Assembly: GCA_964539135.1 (NCBI GenBank)
Contig: CAZIFG010000001.1
Span: forward strand, 83,713-147,712
Length of the DNA: 64,000 nt
Source: an uncultured Rickettsiales bacterium
GTDB lineage: Bacteria; Margulisbacteria; Marinamargulisbacteria; GCA-2716485; CAZIFG01
Direction of reading: 5' to 3'
The position numbers were made by a program, and so were the translations under genes. Below are positions 41,372-50,050 of the stretch, piece after piece (the stretch's first letter is position 1; each line of letters starts with the position of its first letter). The notes under the pieces are model-generated. The model ran no database searches. It saw only the letters and a program-made list of their open reading frames with translations, and was not told the origin of the DNA.

Positions 41372-42985
41372 ATGAGTCATTCGTCCCCATTGGGTACTAA
41401 TTTTTTAACGGTTACTAAAGGCTGGAGGTCGTGGCTTTTTACTTTAGACCATAAACGCATTGGATTGATGTATCTTCTTGCTGTTTGTATCGCTTTTGGG
41501 ATAGGTGGTCTTTTTGCGATTTTACTTCGTTTGGAACTTTTAACACCCGCACAGACTCTTTTTACAGCGAAAGAATATAATCAGTTGTTTACCTTGCATG
41601 GTGCAGCGATGGTGTTTTTGTTTATTATTCCTTCCATTCCAGCCTCTTTGGGAAATTTTATTTTACCCATGCAGTTGGGTGTTAAGGATGTTGCCTTTCC
41701 ACGTTTAAACTTAGCCAGTTTCCACATTTATGTTTTAGGGGCTGCGATTGTTTTATTTTCCATTTTTACGGGAGCGGTGGATACTGGGTGGACTTTTTAT
41801 ACGCCTTATTCGGCTCAGTCGGATACTAGCGTTATTTCTATGACTTTGGGGGCCTTTGTTTTGGGTTTTTCCTCTATTTTAACGGGGATTAATTTTATTG
41901 TAACCATTCAAAAAATGAGACCCAAAGGGATGGGGTGGTTTAGATTGCCACTCTTTTTATGGGCATTATATGCCGCTGCGGTGATTCAAGTTTTAGCAAC
42001 ACCAGTTATTGCCATTACCTTATTGTTATTGGTCCTTGAAAAAACAATGGGGGTTGGTATTTTTGATCCTGCTTTAGGCGGAGATCCTGTTTTATTTGAA
42101 CATTTCTTTTGGTTTTATAGTCATCCGGCTGTTTATATTATGATTTTACCCGCGATGGGAATTATGAGTGAGCTTGTCACTGCTTTTTGTAAGAAAAATA
42201 TTTTTGGGTACCGTTTTGTGGCCTATTCGAGTATTGCGATTGCGATTATTTCCTTTTTGGTTTGGGGCCATCATTTATTTGTTAGCGGTCAGTCTGACTA
42301 TGCCTCTATGTTATTTTCTTTATTAACCTTTTTGGTGGGGATCCCTTCTGCTATTAAGCTGTTTAACTGGCTTTCAACCATGTATAAAGGGAGTATAGAC
42401 CTTAAATCTCCTTTTCTATATTTCTTAGCCTTTATCTTTTTGTTTTCTATTGGTGGATTTACGGGCATTATTTTAGCGACGCTTTCTTTAGATGTGCATT
42501 TACACGATACTTATTTTGTTGTGGCTCATTTTCATTATGTGATGATGGGTGGTACGGTTATGGCCTTTTTAGGGGGGCTTCATTATTGGTGGCCTAAAAT
42601 GGTGGGTAAAATGTATGACGAGACTTTGGCTCGTATTTCCTGGTTTTTGGTTTTTCTTGGGTTTAATTGGGTCTTTTTTGTTCAGTTTATTATGGGATCT
42701 AAAGGTATGCCCAGACGCTATTATAACTATTTAGATCAATTTCAACCGATGCATGCTTTTTCGACAGTTGGATCTTGGATTTTAGGCGCAGGTTTTTTAC
42801 TTATGGCCTATTATTTGATTCAGTCTTTGCGTAAAGGAGAGCAGGCGTCTGATAATCCATGGGGATCTGCAGGGATTGAGTGGCAAACACCATCGCCACC
42901 GCCGCTTGAAAATTTTAGAGAGGATATTGTTATCACGCGAGATCCTTATGATTATGAACAATATGAGAAAGGTGTGAAATTCTAA
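41372..42985 (+). CDS. coxA: Cytochrome c oxidase subunit I (A2-type)
   Basis: [38 protein letters not shown]; ATG after AAGGAG (41369 or 41372). Confidence 0.97.
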   Translation: MSHSSPLGTNFLTVTKGWRSWLFTLDHKRIGLMYLLAVCIAFGIGGLFAILLRLELLTPAQTLFTAKEYNQLFTLHGAAMVFLFIIPSIPASLGNFILPMQLGVKDVAFPRLNLASFHIYVLGAAIVLFSIFTGAVDTGWTFYTPYSAQSDTSVISMTLGAFVLGFSSILTGINFIVTIQKMRPKGMGWFRLPLFLWALYAAAVIQVLATPVIAITLLLLVLEKTMGVGIFDPALGGDPVLFEHFFWFYSHPAVYIMILPAMGIMSELVTAFCKKNIFGYRFVAYSSIAIAIISFLVWGHHLFVSGQSDYASMLFSLLTFLVGIPSAIKLFNWLSTMYKGSIDLKSPFLYFLAFIFLFSIGGFTGIILATLSLDVHLHDTYFVVAHFHYVMMGGTVMAFLGGLHYWWPKMVGKMYDETLARISWFLVFLGFNWVFFVQFIMGSKGMPRRYYNYLDQFQPMHAFSTVGSWILGAGFLLMAYYLIQSLRKGEQASDNPWGSAGIEWQTPSPPPLENFREDIVITRDPYDYEQYEKGVKF

Positions 42986-43629
42986 TGAAAGATATAAAAT
43001 TAAAAGAGCATCATGTTGCCCATCATTTTGATACAGCGCATCAAGAGTTTGAATCTGCAAAGTTGGGTATGTGGTTGTTTTTAGCTCAAGAAATTCTTTT
43101 CTTTGGCGGACTTTTTGTTGCTTTTATATTTTTTAGAGCCCTTTATTCAGATATGTTTCTGGATGCGAGTAAGCACTTAGATTGGAGATTGGGTGCTTTA
43201 AATACTGTTTTTTTAATTTTGAGTAGCTTTACCATGGTAATGGGCGTTCGTAGCGCACAGGTGAGCCAGGTTAAACAGGCAGTGAATTACTTGTGGGCGA
43301 CCTTTTTATTTGCTTCTGCGTTTATGGTTGTTAAATCCTTTGAATATTCTGCGAAGATTGATCATGGACTTTTGCCTTCGCATTGGTTTACAGCAGAAGG
43401 CGCCTTTAATACAATGCATATTTTCTTTGGACTGTATTTTACAATGACAGGTCTTCATGGGCTTCATGTTTTAGTGGGAATGGGGCTCATTCTTTGGCTT
43501 ATTAGACGTACAAAACGGGGTGATTTTCATGCAAATTATTACACGCCGCTTGAAATGGTTGGGCTTTATTGGCATTTGGTGGATTTAATTTGGATCTTTT
43601 TATTTCCGCTATTATATTTGGTAGGGTAG
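42985..43629 (+). CDS. coxC: Cytochrome c oxidase subunit III
   Basis: GMWLFLAQE, TGLHGLHV, GLYWHLVD. Confidence 0.95.
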   Translation: MKDIKLKEHHVAHHFDTAHQEFESAKLGMWLFLAQEILFFGGLFVAFIFFRALYSDMFLDASKHLDWRLGALNTVFLILSSFTMVMGVRSAQVSQVKQAVNYLWATFLFASAFMVVKSFEYSAKIDHGLLPSHWFTAEGAFNTMHIFFGLYFTMTGLHGLHVLVGMGLILWLIRRTKRGDFHANYYTPLEMVGLYWHLVDLIWIFLFPLLYLVG

Positions 43630-43636
43630 GTTTTTT

Positions 43637-44011
43637 ATGAGTCATCAATCACATTTTGTACCACCAGTTAAATTCTATGTTGGTACATTGCTTTCTTTGT
43701 TAGTATTAACGTTTGTTACGGTTTATGCAGCTCAGTTTGATTTTGGATCATGGAATCTTATTGTTGCCATGTTTATTGCGTGTGTCAAAGCCGCTTTGGT
43801 GGCTTTATTTTTTATGGGATTGAAATGGGAAGGCGGCTTTAATCGCGTTATTTTTGTTTCGACGCTTTTGTTTTTGTTTATCTTTTTTGCCTTTACTTTA
43901 GTTGATTTGGAAACACGTGGAGATATTGATTCTAATGAGTCAGAGATCCATGGTATAAAATCGCCTGTTCGTTCTATCGGTAAAGGAACAGAGCATCACG
44001 AAACCCATTAA
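43637..44011 (+). CDS. coxD: Cytochrome c oxidase subunit IV family protein
   Basis: Three TM helices, IACVKAALVALFFMGLK. Confidence 0.88.
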   Translation: MSHQSHFVPPVKFYVGTLLSLLVLTFVTVYAAQFDFGSWNLIVAMFIACVKAALVALFFMGLKWEGGFNRVIFVSTLLFLFIFFAFTLVDLETRGDIDSNESEIHGIKSPVRSIGKGTEHHETH

Positions 44012-44132
44012 TTTAAATTTGTTATGGAGGTGAATGTGCTAACTAAAGCCCTTTTACCTTTTTCCCTTTTGAATTTTTGTTTATTTCGTTTGACTTAACT
44101 GTTTGTTTTGGATTTAACGGTATATGTTTTAG

Positions 44133-44270
44133 GGGCCTGTTGCAAAACGCCTGTTTTGGCCATCTGCTGTGTTATCCTCGTCCTCAAGTCCTCATTTATT
44201 ACATATAAGGTCTTTCGGACTTGGGAATGCCTTGCATATGATCTAAACGCAGGCATTTTGCAACAGTCCC
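44133..44270 (+). mobile_element. 138-bp copy of the palindromic MITE/RPE-like element
   Basis: GGGCCTGTTGCAAAACGCCTG...CAGGCATTTTGCAACAGTCCC; internal CCATCTGCTGTGTTATCCTCGTCCTCAAGTCCTCATTTAT identical to the 13391 copy; no TSD seen. Confidence 0.9.
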
Positions 44271-44282
44271 ATTCTCTATTTT

Positions 44283-45197
44283 TTAGGTTAGGGTTTCCCA
44301 ACATAAATAACTAAAGGTTAAGGTCGAAAATAATAGATGTAGTGGCTGTATGTAAGCTGGAATGCCGGCATAGGCCATGCTGATTCCTGTGAGTATGGTG
44401 AGTGTTAAGCAGATGATTAGGGGATATCCTTTTTCTTTAATAGACTGGATTTGAATGCGTTTTCGAATTAATAAGGTGCTTAATAGCAGTAATACAATTG
44501 AAAAAGATCTGTGAATGGGGAAGGCGACGTTTAAACTGGGGATCCATGCTGATCTGGGGAATTCTATGCCGTAATTCATGATTTGATCAATTTGTTCTCT
44601 GACTTGAGTGCCAAGTATAAGTTGAACACTGAGGGCAATGAGTAAAATCCTTAAAAGCGCGCGTTCTCCCTTTGTTTTTTGTCTGAGTTGTGTTTTATCT
44701 GTAGATTGTGCGATTAGTAAGACAAGTAATAGGGTGATTAAAAGGGCTATGACCATATGTGCGGTAATAATAATGGGTGTTAGGTTGCTTTTAACGACAT
44801 AAGCCCCTAACCATCCTTGAAAAATTACCAATATCAAAATTAATGTGGCGTTTAAATTTATTTTTGGGTTTTTCTTGCTATGAATGAGGGTTAAAATCCA
44901 GGTTATTAAAATGCTTATGCCAATGAGAACGCCCAATAACCGATTGACATATTCTGTCCATGTTTTAGTGGCATTAAAGGGCATTGTGCCATAGCCATGA
45001 TCTTTATAAATTTCTTGGTAGTTTGAGGGTAATTGATCTACAGACGTGGGGGGGATCCATTGTCCAAAACAAGTGGGCCAATCGGGACATCCCATTCCGG
45101 CTCCAGAACTTCTGACAATGGCACCAACAAGAATGAGACCTATGACTAAAATAAGGGTTATTTTTGCGGCTTTATTAATGATTTTCATAGTCTCCAT
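44283..45197 (-). CDS. ctaA: Heme A synthase (COX15/CtaA)
   Basis: GMGCPDWPTC, WTEYVNR, QGWLG, HRSFS, QPLHL. Confidence 0.92.
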   Translation of the reverse strand: METMKIINKAAKITLILVIGLILVGAIVRSSGAGMGCPDWPTCFGQWIPPTSVDQLPSNYQEIYKDHGYGTMPFNATKTWTEYVNRLLGVLIGISILITWILTLIHSKKNPKINLNATLILILVIFQGWLGAYVVKSNLTPIIITAHMVIALLITLLLVLLIAQSTDKTQLRQKTKGERALLRILLIALSVQLILGTQVREQIDQIMNYGIEFPRSAWIPSLNVAFPIHRSFSIVLLLLSTLLIRKRIQIQSIKEKGYPLIICLTLTILTGISMAYAGIPAYIQPLHLLFSTLTFSYLCWETLT

Positions 45198-45235
45198 TCT
45201 AGGGGCCCTTCTTTTTCTTGTCTACTTTAATCTAT

Positions 45236-45422
45236 GGGACTGTTGAGAAACACCTTTTTTGGCCATCTGGGGACTGTTTCAAAACGCCTATTTTGGTCAT
45301 CTGTTGTGTTATCCTCGTCCTCAAGTTCTCATTTATTACGCATAAGGGCTTTCGTACTCGGAATGCCTTGCAGCGGATCCAAACGTATGCATTTCGCAAC
45401 AGTCCCATTTCACAACAGTCCC
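45236..45422 (+). mobile_element. Nested palindromic elements: 137-bp inner copy (45270-45406) inside a deleted outer copy
   Basis: Two left arms (45236, 45270) and two right ends (45406, 45422); TCTAT direct repeats at 45231-45235 and 45423-45427. Confidence 0.88.
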
Positions 45423-45462
45423 TCTATGTTAATTATTGGTTTTTTTAGGTATACTGGTCGAT

Positions 45463-46407
45463 ATGACACATCATGCTATGACACAAACTTTAGACGATTT
45501 TGTAAGCCAATATAAGGAGAAGATTTCTGAACGGTATCAGGAAGCGTCTTCTTTGCCGGCTTCTTATTCTCTTTTATCTCAATCTGAAATGATTCGAGAA
45601 AAGTTATCTCATGATTTTTTGAAATTGCGATCGGATTTTCATGATGCTATTGGCACTTTAGAATCTCGTTTTATTGATCAATATCAACAGTTTTTACAGT
45701 TGAGACATGTTTCAGAACGTGAACGTACCCGCATTGAAGAGTTGTATCATATTGAATCTATTTTTCATTCTTTGTCTGTTCTAGAGCAAAAACAACGGGA
45801 TATGGAAGATCGATATCACGCCGATTGTAAACGCCTTTTAAAGGCATTTGAAGATAAAAAAGTGTCGTTTAAGGACGCCTTTTTAACGGCTTATCGTGAG
45901 ATGGAAATTCATTTTAATGTCCGAAAAGCCTCCCTTAAGAAAGAGATTTCTTCTTTAGAACAGCAACTTTTGGCTCAAAAAATGGAGATTCAGCGGCATT
46001 TTAATCATTTTTTACATGATATTGAATCTAAAAAAACAGATTTAATGCGGCAACTTTCTTCCTTGCAACAAGAATATGATGCGCGTCGTAATGTTTTAGA
46101 GCAAGAAGAGCAGGGGGTTAAGGCTCGTATTTTGTCGGTTTCTCAAGAGATGGAGTCTTTGAGTGTAGCACTTAATCGTAAGCGAGAAACCTTAGATCAT
46201 GAGTTTTCGCAGTATCGCATACAGGTGACACAGGACCTTCAGGCCTTTGCGGATGAGGCTTTATATCGTAAATATCAACAGGAACGTGAGCGTTGGGCGG
46301 ATGAAAAAGCAGAGCTTGAAATGAAGTTACGGCATTTTACAGCGGATACGCCTCGTGTTGTTTATGGCGGAAAACCACCGTTTCCGAAGGCGTCTTCAGC
46401 ATTATGA
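45463..46407 (+). CDS. Hypothetical long coiled-coil protein
   Basis: E/Q/K/R/L-rich helical composition; ATGA overlap with ctaB; first ATG at 45463. Confidence 0.7.
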   Translation: MTHHAMTQTLDDFVSQYKEKISERYQEASSLPASYSLLSQSEMIREKLSHDFLKLRSDFHDAIGTLESRFIDQYQQFLQLRHVSERERTRIEELYHIESIFHSLSVLEQKQRDMEDRYHADCKRLLKAFEDKKVSFKDAFLTAYREMEIHFNVRKASLKKEISSLEQQLLAQKMEIQRHFNHFLHDIESKKTDLMRQLSSLQQEYDARRNVLEQEEQGVKARILSVSQEMESLSVALNRKRETLDHEFSQYRIQVTQDLQAFADEALYRKYQQERERWADEKAELEMKLRHFTADTPRVVYGGKPPFPKASSAL

Positions 46408-47252
46408 TCCGTGATTTTTTTGTTTTGATTAAATCTCGGATTTTGCTGTATTCTCTACTTACCCTTACTTTTGGATTTTGGGTGGGCTCAGGGGGTGTTT
46501 TTAAGCAGCCTTTAGGTTGGGTGTTGTTGGGGGCGTTTTTTGTTTTTTCTGCCTCTGCTGCCTTTAATCATTTATTTGAGGCGGATGCCGACGCTAAAAT
46601 GGCGAGAACTTCAGGACGACCTGTGGCGTCTCAGCGCCTTTCTAAAGTTATGGCCTTTATTTTTGCTTTGTTGTGTTTGATTTTGGGCATTTTCGTATTG
46701 TCTTTTAAGGCCGGATTATTTGAATCTACTTTCATTTTGTTTACTTTTATTATGTATGACTATATTTATACGCCTTTAAAACGCATGACGTCTTGGAATA
46801 CGTTTGTGGGGGCTATTCCAGGTGCTTTTCCACCTTTATGTGGGTGGATTGCGGCTACAGGAACATTGAATCTTCATGCCTTTATTTTATTTTTATTCTT
46901 TTTCTGGTGGCAATTGCCCCATTTTTTTGCTATTTCATGGATGTATAAGGAAGATTATGCTCAAGCGGGGTTTGAAATGCTCAGTAAGCACGATGTTACG
47001 GGATCTAAAACAGTTCGGGCGCTTTGGATTCATACTGTTCTTCTGGTTTTATCTTCTTTAGCCTGGCTTCTTTTCTTTAATTTAGGCGTTTTATATGGGA
47101 TAGGGGCGTTGCTATCTGGTGTGGTGTTTTTTTATTATATTCGTTTATTTTCTCAAGATAGGTCCTTTATTCGTGCCAAAAAGCTCATGCTTTGGTCTCT
47201 TTTATATCTTTTTATTGTCATGAGTTGCGCGGTTTTGGATTTACTTTTTTAA
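46404..47252 (+). CDS. ctaB: Protoheme IX farnesyltransferase (heme O synthase)
   Basis: DAKMARTSGRP, YTPLKR, GAIPGAFPP, WQLPHF. Confidence 0.95.
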   Translation: MIRDFFVLIKSRILLYSLLTLTFGFWVGSGGVFKQPLGWVLLGAFFVFSASAAFNHLFEADADAKMARTSGRPVASQRLSKVMAFIFALLCLILGIFVLSFKAGLFESTFILFTFIMYDYIYTPLKRMTSWNTFVGAIPGAFPPLCGWIAATGTLNLHAFILFLFFFWWQLPHFFAISWMYKEDYAQAGFEMLSKHDVTGSKTVRALWIHTVLLVLSSLAWLLFFNLGVLYGIGALLSGVVFFYYIRLFSQDRSFIRAKKLMLWSLLYLFIVMSCAVLDLLF

Positions 47253-47277
47253 CGATTCTGGGTATCATGGCGCTATT

Positions 47278-48204
47278 ATGTTAAAAGAAATTCATTTAGC
47301 GTCTACTCAAGGATTTTGTGCAGGCGTTGCCAGTGCGATAGAAGTTGTTGAACGTGCCTTAGCTAAATTTGGAACACCTTTGTATGTGAGGCATCAGATT
47401 GTGCATAACACTACTGTGATTCGAGAGTTCGAAGAACGTGGTGTTGTTTTTATTGAAACATTGAGTGAAGTTCCTGAGCATCAAACCGTTATTTTTAGTG
47501 CGCATGGCACAGCCCCTAATGAATATGTTCATGCAAAATCCAGGGGCTTGAATATTATTGATGCTACCTGTCCCTTAGTGAGCCGTGTTCATAGAGAGGC
47601 GGTTCGCTTTTCTGAAAAAGGGATTCAGACGGTTTTAATTGGGCACAGAGGGCATCAAGAGTTGATAGGCACGTCTGGCTATGTGGATGCGTCTTTATTG
47701 CATGTGATTGAAACAGAATCTGAAATTGAGTCTCTTGAATTGGATAGATCTCGACCCATTGGGTATTTAACTCAGACTACACTGTCGGTCACAGATACTC
47801 AAAAAATGATTAAAAAACTGAAAGAAAAATATCCTGAGATTAAAGGGCCTCCTAAGGCGGATATTTGTTTTGCGACTCAGAATAGACAAACGGCTGTGAA
47901 AGATTTGGCCGATGTATGTGACGTCATTGTTGTGTGTGGCTCTCCTACAAGTTCTAATAGCAATCGATTGAGAGAATGTGCAGAAGAATTGGGCGTAGAT
48001 TCTTATATTATAGACACGGTTTCTGAATTTCAATTTTCTTGGTTAGAAGGGAAATTGTGTTTGGGCATTACCTCTGGGGCTTCTGTTCCTCAAGAAATTG
48101 TGGATCAATTGGTTGCTCGGATTCGTTTAGAATTTCCGGATGTTCGTCTCTTTCAAGAAGAATCTATTGAAAAGGATATTCGATTTCCGATTCCGAATGT
48201 TTAA
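47278..48204 (+). CDS. ispH: 4-hydroxy-3-methylbut-2-enyl diphosphate reductase
   Basis: GFCAGV, IVHN, DATCPLV, DICFATQNRQ, SSNSNRL. Confidence 0.96.
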   Translation: MLKEIHLASTQGFCAGVASAIEVVERALAKFGTPLYVRHQIVHNTTVIREFEERGVVFIETLSEVPEHQTVIFSAHGTAPNEYVHAKSRGLNIIDATCPLVSRVHREAVRFSEKGIQTVLIGHRGHQELIGTSGYVDASLLHVIETESEIESLELDRSRPIGYLTQTTLSVTDTQKMIKKLKEKYPEIKGPPKADICFATQNRQTAVKDLADVCDVIVVCGSPTSSNSNRLRECAEELGVDSYIIDTVSEFQFSWLEGKLCLGITSGASVPQEIVDQLVARIRLEFPDVRLFQEESIEKDIRFPIPNV

Positions 48205-49826
48205 GCGTCTTTAATTTGAATCAATGAGGGGGCGTAGTCTTTTGGGGCTTCAAATCCCAGTAGATTGCAAATCGTAGCGGCAACATTTGCTAGGCCAGCA
48301 TTTTCTATGGGGGCTAAGGTGTAATCCTCTTTGTATTGGCTGTCTATGATTGTAAAGGGGACAGGGTTGAGCGTGTGGGAGGTTTTAGGGGTTCGGATGC
48401 CATTTTTTTCTGTGAACATGATGTCGGCATTGCCATGATCTGCTAGTACGATGCTGATACCGCCCAATTTACTAACGGTTTCTACAATTTTTTGAACACA
48501 AAGGTCTGTTATTTCTACACTTTTTTGGGTGGCTTCAAAGTTCCCTGTGTGGCCTACCATGTCCCCGTTTGGAAAATTGATGCGTCCAAATTGGTAGGTT
48601 TGGCTTTTTAATAATGCTATGGTTTTTTCTGTGATTTCTAAAGCTTTCATGTTTGGGGCTTGGTCAAAGGGAATTTTGTCTGACGGGATTTCCAGATACA
48701 TTTCTAACTCTTGATTAATATAGCCGGATTTATTGCCATTCCAAAAATAGGTGACATGGCCATATTTTTGGGTTTCTGAAATGGCAAAGGTTTTGAGTCC
48801 TGTTGCACATAGATATTCACTTACGGTGTTGTTAATTTCGGGGGGATTCACGAGAAAGTGTTTGGGTAGGTTTAAATCGCCATCGTATTGCATCATGCCT
48901 GCATAGTGGACTTTTGGGCTTCTTTTTCTGTCGAAATACGGAAAGGTTTCAAGCTCGAAGGCCATGGATAATTCAATGGCTCTATCGCCTCTGAAATTGG
49001 TAAAAATGACGCTGTCTCCATCTTGAATGGTGCCAATAGGTCCTTCGGTGTTGGCAATGACAAAGGCGTCTAAATATTGGTCGGTACTGTTTGGATCTTC
49101 TGCATAGTAGGTTTTTACGGCTTCTTTTGCAGAACTGAAGTGGCGCGCTTCTCCTAGAACATGGGCCTTCCATCCTCGCTCGACAATGCTCCAATCGGCA
49201 TTGTAGCGATCCATGGTGGTGACCATTCGGCCTCCGCCGGAGGCAATTTGAACGTCGCAGTCTTTTGCTTGAAGTTCTTTTAACACAGATTCCAATTTAT
49301 CAATATAGAGAAGGGCTGTTTTTTGGCCTACATCTCTTCCATCTAGAAGGGTATGAATTCGAATCTTCTTACAGCTTTCTTCTGTTGCTTTTTGGAGCAT
49401 GCTGATGAGGTGGTCGATGTGGGCATGTACATTTCCATCAGATAATAATCCGATAAAATGCAGGGTGCTTTTTGAGTCTTTAACGTTTCGGATGAGGTGT
49501 TTCCATGTTTCTCCTTTATAGAGAGAGTGGGTTTCAATCGCTTGTTTCACGAGGGAGGCTCCTTGCTCAAAAACACGACCGGCACCCAGGGCATTGTGCC
49601 CAACTTCACTGTTTCCCATGTCATCATCTGACGGCATGCCTACTGCTGTTCCATGTGCTTTTAAGAGCCTATATAGGGGACTTTTTTGACAGTGATCTAA
49701 AAAGGGGGTGTTGGCTTTGAAGACCGCATTGGCTTCATTTTCTTCGCCTATGCCAACGCCATCCATAATCATCAGTACAAGGGGTCCTGGGCGTTTTTGA
49801 AAGTTTTTTAATGGCTGTAATTGCAT
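48201..49826 (-). CDS. gpmI: 2,3-bisphosphoglycerate-independent phosphoglycerate mutase
   Basis: MGNSEVGH, LDGRD, NFRGDRA, DMVGHTG, ADHGN. Confidence 0.96.
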   Translation of the reverse strand: MQLQPLKNFQKRPGPLVLMIMDGVGIGEENEANAVFKANTPFLDHCQKSPLYRLLKAHGTAVGMPSDDDMGNSEVGHNALGAGRVFEQGASLVKQAIETHSLYKGETWKHLIRNVKDSKSTLHFIGLLSDGNVHAHIDHLISMLQKATEESCKKIRIHTLLDGRDVGQKTALLYIDKLESVLKELQAKDCDVQIASGGGRMVTTMDRYNADWSIVERGWKAHVLGEARHFSSAKEAVKTYYAEDPNSTDQYLDAFVIANTEGPIGTIQDGDSVIFTNFRGDRAIELSMAFELETFPYFDRKRSPKVHYAGMMQYDGDLNLPKHFLVNPPEINNTVSEYLCATGLKTFAISETQKYGHVTYFWNGNKSGYINQELEMYLEIPSDKIPFDQAPNMKALEITEKTIALLKSQTYQFGRINFPNGDMVGHTGNFEATQKSVEITDLCVQKIVETVSKLGGISIVLADHGNADIMFTEKNGIRTPKTSHTLNPVPFTIIDSQYKEDYTLAPIENAGLANVAATICNLLGFEAPKDYAPSLIQIKDA

Positions 49827-49851
49827 GGCGGCCTCTTTTTATTTTTAGGAA

Positions 49852-49865
49852 TTCGTAACAGTCCC
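49852..49865. repeat. Lone terminal inverted-repeat remnant of the element family
   Basis: TTCGTAACAGTCCC, 13/14 to TTCGCAACAGTCCC. Confidence 0.5.
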
Positions 49866-50050
49866 TTTTTTATTTTTTAAAGTATATCTTTTTCTTGTTT
49901 TTTCGGAAAGATTTTTTTGTTTTTATGGTATCAATCCACTGTCTTTTCAAATGAGTCTAACTCCAGTATAATAGGCACCCATTTGTCTTTTTTGAGATAT
50001 TTGGATTCTTGATAGCTTAAGAAAATATATCTAATGAGATGAGGAATACT

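Noticed and set aside
13391-45422. 142-bp repeats as a CRISPR array or integron attC sites
   Set aside because: Copies are dispersed with no repeat-spacer periodicity and no cas or intI gene; they lack RYYYAAC/GTTRRRY ends, flank housekeeping genes and carry TSDs.
44133-45422. Composite transposon carrying ctaA
   Set aside because: The right-hand element has its own TCTAT TSD, and the outer flanks of the pair (TTTAG, TCTAT) do not match, which points to independent insertions.
13257-45515. Short similar ORFs (13257, 26078, 31714, 31716, 44095, 44108, 45218, 45234) as a small-protein family
   Set aside because: The similarity comes entirely from reading through the repeat element in different frames, and they lack consistent starts or RBSs.
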